Shown piece by piece: positions 55,906-64,000 of a DNA stretch of 64,000 nucleotides. Source of the DNA: an uncultured virus (IMG/VR IMGVR_UViG_3300046524_000328) (taxonomy: Duplodnaviria; Heunggongvirae; Uroviricota; Caudoviricetes); IMG/VR virus record IMGVR_UViG_3300046524_000328; one strand, written 5' to 3'. The stretch's first letter is position 1. Every line of letters begins with the position of its first letter. Made by a program: the position numbers and the translations under genes. Below the pieces are notes generated by a model that was not told the origin of the DNA, searched no databases, and worked only from the letters and a program-made list of their open reading frames with translations.

Positions 55906-56484
55906 ATGATCGCGCTGATAAAGAAGCCGCTGCGCGCGTACACCGTCCACGATGGCGAGGACGGGTACACCGTCGTTTTCGGGCGCACCAACGGGGTGGC
56001 GCGCGCGCAAGGCGCGAACGAACTCAATTGCGGGTTTGAGGACGTCGCATATTGCAGGCGTGCACCGGAGTTCGACCAGTACGCGCCCGGCCCAGTACCG
56101 CCAGAAGCCTGCATCGAGCAGGGCAATTGGTGGTTTGAGTGCATGGAGTGCACCGAACACGTCAATGACGAGACGCCCGATCCCGTCTACCTTGGACAGT
56201 TCGTGTTCTGCTCGAAAGGGTGTCACGCCGTGCACGAGCGAGACAGGCGCGCGGAGGTCGATTTCGAAGACATGGCCTGCGAGCTTCTGGAGGCCCGCTA
56301 TCCAGGCGCAGTGTTGCGGCACGTCCATCGCATCAGGCGCGATCACCTCGTGCCTATCGAGGTTCATTTCACGTTTCCGGGCGGTCAATACTGGGTGCAC
56401 TGGGTGAGCGGCGAATCGACCGCTTCCGCGCATCCCGACGACGTCGACGCCTTTGTTTCCCTCTACCGTAAAAGCAAAAAATGA
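55906..56484 (+). CDS. Cys-rich hypothetical protein
   Basis: WWFECMEC and FCSKGC. Confidence 0.6.
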   Translation: MIALIKKPLRAYTVHDGEDGYTVVFGRTNGVARAQGANELNCGFEDVAYCRRAPEFDQYAPGPVPPEACIEQGNWWFECMECTEHVNDETPDPVYLGQFVFCSKGCHAVHERDRRAEVDFEDMACELLEARYPGAVLRHVHRIRRDHLVPIEVHFTFPGGQYWVHWVSGESTASAHPDDVDAFVSLYRKSKK

Positions 56485-57794
56485 AAATCAAATTCTGCGA
56501 TACCAATTCCGACGTTGCGAACGCACTGCACACCGTTTTCGCGGGCGTCGCTGACGTGACCGTGATGAACGGCAACATTCTGACGGTGACGGGAGACGCC
56601 ATCGTGAGCCCGGCCAACAGCTACGGCTATATGGACGGCGGCATCGACCTCGCCTATGTCCGGCATTTCGGCCTGGAGATTCAGCGGCGCGTGCAATCGG
56701 CCATCGGCACGTACTACGATGATGGTGTGCCCGTTGGCGAGGCCGTCACGGTCAAGACGGGGCACGCCAAGGTGCCGCTGCTGATTTCCGCGCCGACCAT
56801 GCGCCTGCCCGGCGACGTGCGCGGCACCGATAACGCCTATCTGGCGATGCGCGCCGCCCTCAGGCAGGCGCGGCAGCACAACGTCCAGACGCTGCTGTGT
56901 CCGGGCCTATGCACGCTTACCGGCCGTATGGACCCGACGGAAGCCGCCGCGCAGATGCACCGCGCCTACGTCGAGTTCGTGCAGAACGGCCATATCAACA
57001 TCGAAGCGAAAGACCTCGCCGACTGGCTCACGAGCTTCATTCAGAATCACGCGAACCTCACGCAACACCCGGCTGTCATCACCGCAGAGCGCGCGCTCAG
57101 TGTCGTGCCGCGCGAAAACCTCGAACACGTCACGTCGATGATGCTCGAACAGGTTCGCCGCCGCCTGTGCACATTCGAGCGCGAGCCGGGCGCGCGTGCG
57201 CTCGCGCTGATCGCCGACCTGCTGTGCATGGGCTCGATGACGCGCACGCCCGACAACGTCGCGCAGGGCGTGCGGATGATGCGCGATAACGCAGAGAGCG
57301 TCCGCGCAATCCTGCGTTCGGCCGCCGACCATTTCAGCATTGAGCCGGGCGACGAAAGCGAACTGCCGGAAAAAATCCACGTCCTCAAAACGCTGGCGGG
57401 CAATGGAGCACTGACGGCAGAGCACGACAAGCTGGAGAACGCAGCGCGCGCTATCGCGCCGTACTACGGCGAGACGTGGGAGCACGAGCCCGATGAGGAC
57501 GGTAAGGGCGTACAGGTCGGCACGCGTCACGAGGACGGCTCGCTCAACGCGTTCATTCGTGCCTATGTTTCCAACTACTCGATGGACGATGCGGACGATT
57601 ACGCGCTGGCCGACTATCTCACCCTTGCACGCCCGGCCAATATCGCCGCGCTGTTCGACCTGATCCGCGAGCAGATGAAGCTGATCCGATTGCAGGCAAA
57701 GGAAGTAGACGACCTGCGCGCCGCCTTTGCGCTGGGCGTCGGCGAAGAACTCAAGCGCCTTGAAGCGGACGGGGCTTTGATCGTACCGGTCTGA
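56481..57794 (+). CDS. macrodomain protein fused to an Ead/Ea22-like region
   Basis: DAIVSPANSYGYMDGGIDLA, GEA, APTM and CPGLCT; later ADYLTLARPANIAALFD. Confidence 0.8.
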   Translation: MKIKFCDTNSDVANALHTVFAGVADVTVMNGNILTVTGDAIVSPANSYGYMDGGIDLAYVRHFGLEIQRRVQSAIGTYYDDGVPVGEAVTVKTGHAKVPLLISAPTMRLPGDVRGTDNAYLAMRAALRQARQHNVQTLLCPGLCTLTGRMDPTEAAAQMHRAYVEFVQNGHINIEAKDLADWLTSFIQNHANLTQHPAVITAERALSVVPRENLEHVTSMMLEQVRRRLCTFEREPGARALALIADLLCMGSMTRTPDNVAQGVRMMRDNAESVRAILRSAADHFSIEPGDESELPEKIHVLKTLAGNGALTAEHDKLENAARAIAPYYGETWEHEPDEDGKGVQVGTRHEDGSLNAFIRAYVSNYSMDDADDYALADYLTLARPANIAALFDLIREQMKLIRLQAKEVDDLRAAFALGVGEELKRLEADGALIVPV

Positions 57795-57812
57795 TTTTTT
57801 TCGCATGCACCC

Positions 57813-57863
57813 ATAGATACGTCTATTGACAGCCTCAATTGTGACAACATACTATTGAGGCTC
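57813..57863 (+). promoter_or_regulatory. early promoter TTGACA-18-TACTAT carrying both operator motifs
   Basis: ATAGATACGTCTAT at the -35; GTGACAACATACTATTGAGGCTC at the -10. Confidence 0.8.
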
Positions 57864-57887
57864 CCACACACCACGACGGGGCACACC

Positions 57888-58454
57888 ATGACACTGACGC
57901 ATCACCCTAATTCGAGCCTGCCGCTTGAAGGGCTCAAGCAGGAAATCCGCGACCTGTTTTCTCAGGTCACGACAGGGTTCGAGCCAACGGAGAACGAGAT
58001 TCAGATGCTGGAAAGTGGGCTCGACTGCCTCTTTTTGCCGGAACTTCCAATTGACGATTACGCGGCGGCGCGCGTGTCGTTGGAAGCCACGATTGCATGG
58101 CTGGAAGCGGGCAACGACGCGCTGGAAGCGGCGAAGGAACTGCGGTTGAACGTGAGCCGCCTCGTCGCACCTGAACCGACCGCGACGCCCGCAAAGCCTA
58201 CGGAACTCGCCGCGCGCACGAGCTATTCATCGCTGGCGATGCCGGGCATATTGTTCTGGATCACAGAGCAGGACTCGCTCAACGAACTGTGCCCCGCCGA
58301 GGTGTTGCTTGGACAGGCGAGCAGGATGCGCGGCGACGTGCACGAGAGCCAGAAACGCATGCTGTCGTACCCGCCCGGCGTGCGCTACGAAAAGGTGCAG
58401 ACGCTGGTTCGCATGCACAACGCGGAACAGGCCGATCCGGGGCTGAAATCGTGA
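57888..58454 (+). CDS. hypothetical early protein
   Basis: GGGG SD after the promoter. Confidence 0.55.
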   Translation: MTLTHHPNSSLPLEGLKQEIRDLFSQVTTGFEPTENEIQMLESGLDCLFLPELPIDDYAAARVSLEATIAWLEAGNDALEAAKELRLNVSRLVAPEPTATPAKPTELAARTSYSSLAMPGILFWITEQDSLNELCPAEVLLGQASRMRGDVHESQKRMLSYPPGVRYEKVQTLVRMHNAEQADPGLKS

Positions 58455-58633
58455 GCGAGAAAGAGGCGCGCGATGTGCGCAAGCTGATCGAGATTTTCAA
58501 CATCGTGACAGGCATCGTGACGTTGCTGCTCGTTGTAGCGGCGTGCTTCTATCCGATGGTGCGGGACTACCGGCTGTGCGTCTCGCAGGGGCATACCGGC
58601 TACTTCTGCTACTTCCTGCTGCGAGCACCGTGA
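58451..58633 (+). CDS. small membrane protein
   Basis: GTGA coupling; TM segment. Confidence 0.5.
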   Translation: MSEKEARDVRKLIEIFNIVTGIVTLLLVVAACFYPMVRDYRLCVSQGHTGYFCYFLLRAP

Positions 58634-58866
58634 GCGAGCGGCAACCTGACGCGTACATGGCGCGCGTCTATCTCGCGCAGGCGGCGGCTGTCCGTCGGTT
58701 CAATGACGGACGGTATGAACGCCTGATCGGATGGGCGCAGAAGCGGCGGCGGCAGCACGCGGAAGGCGTGCGCCTCGCGCGCGAACGCGAAAGCGACCGC
58801 AAGCGCGCTATTGCCGCGATCAACTTCACGCCCGTACAGGGCGATTTGTTCGAGGGGCTTTTGTGA
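58630..58866 (+). CDS. hypothetical protein with QGDLF
   Basis: GTGA coupling. Confidence 0.5.
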   Translation: MSERQPDAYMARVYLAQAAAVRRFNDGRYERLIGWAQKRRRQHAEGVRLARERESDRKRAIAAINFTPVQGDLFEGLL

Positions 58867-59054
58867 GAAGTGTTTTCAGCTACGCGCAAGCAGACCTGCG
58901 CATCAAGGCAGAGCGGGTCATACGCGCTGATCGTCTCGCCGACGGCCGCGACGTTTCGCACCTGAATTTCGAGCAGCAGTATCACGAGGCGTTGCGCGCG
59001 TATCGCGACGCACTTATCCACATCAATCGAACGCTGGACATTCTCTTTCCATGA
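58863..59054 (+). CDS. hypothetical protein
   Basis: GTGA/ATGA coupling. Confidence 0.45.
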   Translation: MRSVFSYAQADLRIKAERVIRADRLADGRDVSHLNFEQQYHEALRAYRDALIHINRTLDILFP

Positions 59055-59398
59055 CGACTCAGCGACCACCACTAAACGATGACGCAATCGCGCGCCTGAC
59101 AATCGCCGCGCTGCGCGAACACGGACAAATGCGGCTCAAGCCGCTTTGCGCGCTCGTGCACGTCCACCACAAACGCTTAGGCCCGGTGCTCACCGCGCTC
59201 GCGATCAGCGGCCGTTTGCAGCGCATCGCCGACGGCCAGCGCGAGGGCTCGACGGTCTACCTGTACGCGGCAATCGGCGAGGACGTCGAGCCGCCCGCCG
59301 CGCCCGCGCGTGCACAGATTTCGTTCAACGCGGCGGCCACGCTCGCGGCTTTTCAGGCCACGGCGCAGCGCTTCGCTATGGGCTCGCTGGCGGTATGA
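59051..59398 (+). CDS. winged-helix-like protein
   Basis: ALREHGQMRLKPLCALV..LTALAISGRLQR. Confidence 0.5.
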   Translation: MTTQRPPLNDDAIARLTIAALREHGQMRLKPLCALVHVHHKRLGPVLTALAISGRLQRIADGQREGSTVYLYAAIGEDVEPPAAPARAQISFNAAATLAAFQATAQRFAMGSLAV

Positions 59399-59676
59399 AC
59401 ATCATTCACGAGCACGACACCGGAAAGGGTTTCAAAATCCGGCGCGGCGGCGCGTATCGCGGCAGCACCGGCGAGGTGCGCTACGTGCACATGATCCACA
59501 AGCCGGGCAGCGGGTACGGCGTGACGTGGGATAGCGTCAGCATCGAGGCCTATTACAAGCAGGGCATAGGAGCCGCGTTTTACAGCGAGCGCGAAAAGCG
59601 CCAACACGGCTACATGACAATGAAGGCGTTTAAGGACTGGGCTGTCCGCGACGTCACACCGGAGGATTTGAAGTGA
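59395..59676 (+). CDS. hypothetical protein
   Basis: ATGA coupling. Confidence 0.5.
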   Translation: MNIIHEHDTGKGFKIRRGGAYRGSTGEVRYVHMIHKPGSGYGVTWDSVSIEAYYKQGIGAAFYSEREKRQHGYMTMKAFKDWAVRDVTPEDLK

Positions 59677-60038
59677 TCGTCTATCTCGCGAAACTGAAAA
59701 GTCGCAAGGAAATGGAGCGCACCATACCGCGCAATGAACTGGGTTGGTGGCATGACGTCTGCCCCGGCGACTCGCTAATCCTGCGCGATGCGACGGCCGC
59801 CGATTTCAAGGGCATCATGCTCAATGAGGGCGTCTCGACAGACCCGGCCAACTTCCTATGCGAGACGTGCGAGCGGCCCGCGCTCGTAAGCCGCAAGGCC
59901 GTCGAATGGCTCTCGATCATCGTGCCTGTCACGCATACTGGCGCAACGGTGACACACGATAACGCGGCTCTCACGAAAGCGCGCGCCCGCGAGCTTTGGG
60001 AACACGAGGCCCGCGAGCGCGAAAAAGCGGAGCTATAA
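59673..60038 (+). CDS. hypothetical protein
   Basis: GGAGG SD; GTGA coupling. Confidence 0.5.
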   Translation: MIVYLAKLKSRKEMERTIPRNELGWWHDVCPGDSLILRDATAADFKGIMLNEGVSTDPANFLCETCERPALVSRKAVEWLSIIVPVTHTGATVTHDNAALTKARARELWEHEAREREKAEL

Positions 60039-60064
60039 AGAGTCTCCCTCAACAGGAGATAATC

Positions 60065-60316
60065 ATGTCCGCTGATTTTGACACCCGCCGTCAGCCCACG
60101 CCCGTATGCCCTTCATGCGGCCACGCGCTCACAACCAATGAACTGTCCGGCATTTTGTCGGACCTCGAAGGCGCGCCGGTTGACCTTGTGCGCCTGGCAC
60201 CCGATGAGAAGTTCGCACAGATCGCGTGCCCGGTTTCCGAGTGCTGCACGCCGTACTGGATCAGCGGCGGCTACGTGCCGCTGTATGCGTCCGGGCTGAC
60301 GCGCGACGACGTCTAA
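60065..60316 (+). CDS. Zn-ribbon protein
   Basis: AGGAG SD; CPSC...CPVSEC. Confidence 0.55.
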   Translation: MSADFDTRRQPTPVCPSCGHALTTNELSGILSDLEGAPVDLVRLAPDEKFAQIACPVSECCTPYWISGGYVPLYASGLTRDDV

Positions 60317-60337
60317 CCTGCTAACTCTTTCCGCCCC

Positions 60338-61168
60338 ATGACTCATCACTACCCAATGCCCACCACGGCCGCCAATGCGCTAATGGCCGCTTTCGAACGC
60401 GCGTACGAGCATGGCGATATGCCCTTGCTCACGCCGCACAAGCCCGCGCACCCGTCGCTCGCGCGCGTCTCGCAGACAACGCACGACAGGGCGGCGCGCG
60501 TCATCGAGCGCTGCCGGTTTCACATTACCGGGTACGTGCTCAGTGACACATGGGATTTGCGCAAGGCCATCGTTGAGGAAGGCGCGGTGCGCTGGCTTCC
60601 GAATCGCGAGGACTTCACTCGCGTAATGGCATGGCAGGACACGAAAGGCCCGAACACGCCGCCCGATGAGGCAATCGGCGATGAGCTTATCGGCACCGCA
60701 ACGCAGGCCGTCAGCGCGCCGCCTATCGTGCTCGCCGCGCCTGCCGCCGCACCGTCGCGGCCGGTGCTCACCGCGCCGCCGTCCGCGCGCCTGCTCGAAT
60801 CGACAGAGGAAGCGCTTGGCGTGCTCGCCGGTGAGCTTGGATGCGTGCACAACGAGGATATCCCGCACAACGCGGGCTGGTTCGTGCCTGGCAAGGCGAG
60901 GGCATACGCGAGCGCGCTCGACGCCATCAAGGGGCTTGTCGCGAGCCTGAAGGCTGGCGGCACGGTGTACGAAAGCGGCGCGGTGCACGAGGGCGAGTTA
61001 GTCGTGACGGGAGATATTGTGCTCGCGGGCGAGGTCGCGGACGGCACCACGAGGCCCGGCGAACCGGCAGGGAAAACCACCATGACGGGCAAGCCAAAAG
61101 CCTTGCATGTTGTCGTCACGCCCAAGGTCATCAAGCCCGTCGATGACCGGCAGGGCGGCCTGTTCTAG
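60338..61168 (+). CDS. hypothetical protein ending in QGGLF
   Basis: 276-aa ORF with typical codon usage. Confidence 0.55.
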   Translation: MTHHYPMPTTAANALMAAFERAYEHGDMPLLTPHKPAHPSLARVSQTTHDRAARVIERCRFHITGYVLSDTWDLRKAIVEEGAVRWLPNREDFTRVMAWQDTKGPNTPPDEAIGDELIGTATQAVSAPPIVLAAPAAAPSRPVLTAPPSARLLESTEEALGVLAGELGCVHNEDIPHNAGWFVPGKARAYASALDAIKGLVASLKAGGTVYESGAVHEGELVVTGDIVLAGEVADGTTRPGEPAGKTTMTGKPKALHVVVTPKVIKPVDDRQGGLF

Positions 61169-61871
61169 GCCGGATTGAGCGCAACAGTCACCGCGCCGTA
61201 AGCGTATGACACGTTGAATGTGCCGGGCGCTGGCACCTGCGTACCGGCCGCAATCGCGGCGTTCGAGAGGGCACCGAAAGACGATTCGCCGTCGTAGGTC
61301 GAACCCTTGTTGTACTGCGACGTCGAAGACACCCCTATTGCATAGCCAGACGGCGGCGTAAAGACGTTGGACACACTGCCCGAATAGCTGCCACCTTGCC
61401 CCGCGATCAGCAGCAGACACATCGCTTTGGGCAGCGTGATCGCAGAGAACACACATGAGGTCGACGCCGTCGCTTTCTTCGTCACCGGCGCAACAGAATT
61501 GAACGGGCTCGCCTGATTGACGCCCGACAGATTCATGATGCCGATGTTGACGGATTTGACCGTCGAGCCGCTAAACGTGTACGAGGTCGGTTCGCTCGCT
61601 GTCGCGATTTTGTAAAAACCGCCGATGAAACCGTTGTCGTTGTGCGACGTGAAAAGCAGCGACGTATGCAGCGTCCAACCGGCGCACGCGAGCGATACAG
61701 CAGCGGCCGTATCGTCGCAGGTGAACACCGCATAAAGCAGGTTGCCCGCGACGATGCCCGACGGCGCGGCAATCGTCGCGGTGCTTGTCTGCGAGCCGCC
61801 GTCCGATGCCGACACGAGCTTGACGCCAGCGACAACGACAGGCGCGCGATAGCGCGTGACGGCCGGGATTA

Positions 61872-61875
<4 letters not shown>
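61165..61875 (-). CDS. beta-rich fibre tip/receptor-binding-like protein
   Basis: GTGA coupling to the collagen gene; [25 protein letters not shown]. Confidence 0.6.
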
Positions 61876-63853
<1,978 letters not shown>

Positions 63854-63877
63854 GTGTGCAAAGCCTTGGAAGATAGG

Positions 63878-63994
63878 GCGATGGCCTGCCTTTGCGCCTC
63901 TGCACGGTTGCCCTCACATGAACCAACTACGGGGCATCGTTGCGAAGTGCCGTAGCCGAGCTTGGTGCGTGAGCGCAGGGAGACAGGCCATCGC
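63878..63994 (-). ncRNA. candidate ~117-nt structured RNA (cis-leader or sRNA)
   Basis: 14-bp outer stem and nested stems with minus-strand G-U pairs. Confidence 0.45.
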
Positions 63995-64000
63995 GGAAAC

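Overview
The window is a 64 kb segment of a GC-rich (about 63%) P1-like phage-plasmid: a myovirus-type temperate phage with an iteron plasmid replicon. The host is probably a Burkholderiaceae-type betaproteobacterium, which is inference only. From left to right it holds: a partial ParB-like gene; a parA gene with two paralogous RHH-type genes; a 9-iteron origin with a Rep initiator; a lysis cassette; and P1-like morphogenesis genes (sheath, capsid, spike, tube, tape measure with a GH19 domain, portal, protease, baseplate, tail fibre). Interspersed are a BrnTA module, a short DNA ligase, a DarA/DarB/Hdf-like internal-protein cluster, early accessory genes (PAPS-reductase-like, dUTPase fusion, macrodomain fusion) and a collagen-fibre module. 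The main hand-read findings are: (1) a 7-copy candidate late promoter, TAGGAAAA-N29-(-10), with leaderless starts and RBS-sequestering hairpins; (2) a 4-copy early sigma70 promoter with an embedded operator; (3) an ~130-nt structured sRNA whose first loop is complementary to an early mRNA leader; (4) a second ~117-nt structured RNA; (5) a shared candidate capsid-targeting peptide, hydrophobic-Asp-Ser maturation sites and shuffled modules in the injected proteins; (6) a likely programmed frameshift in a tail/baseplate chaperone. All protein names come from recognised motifs, size and synteny, not from database searches.
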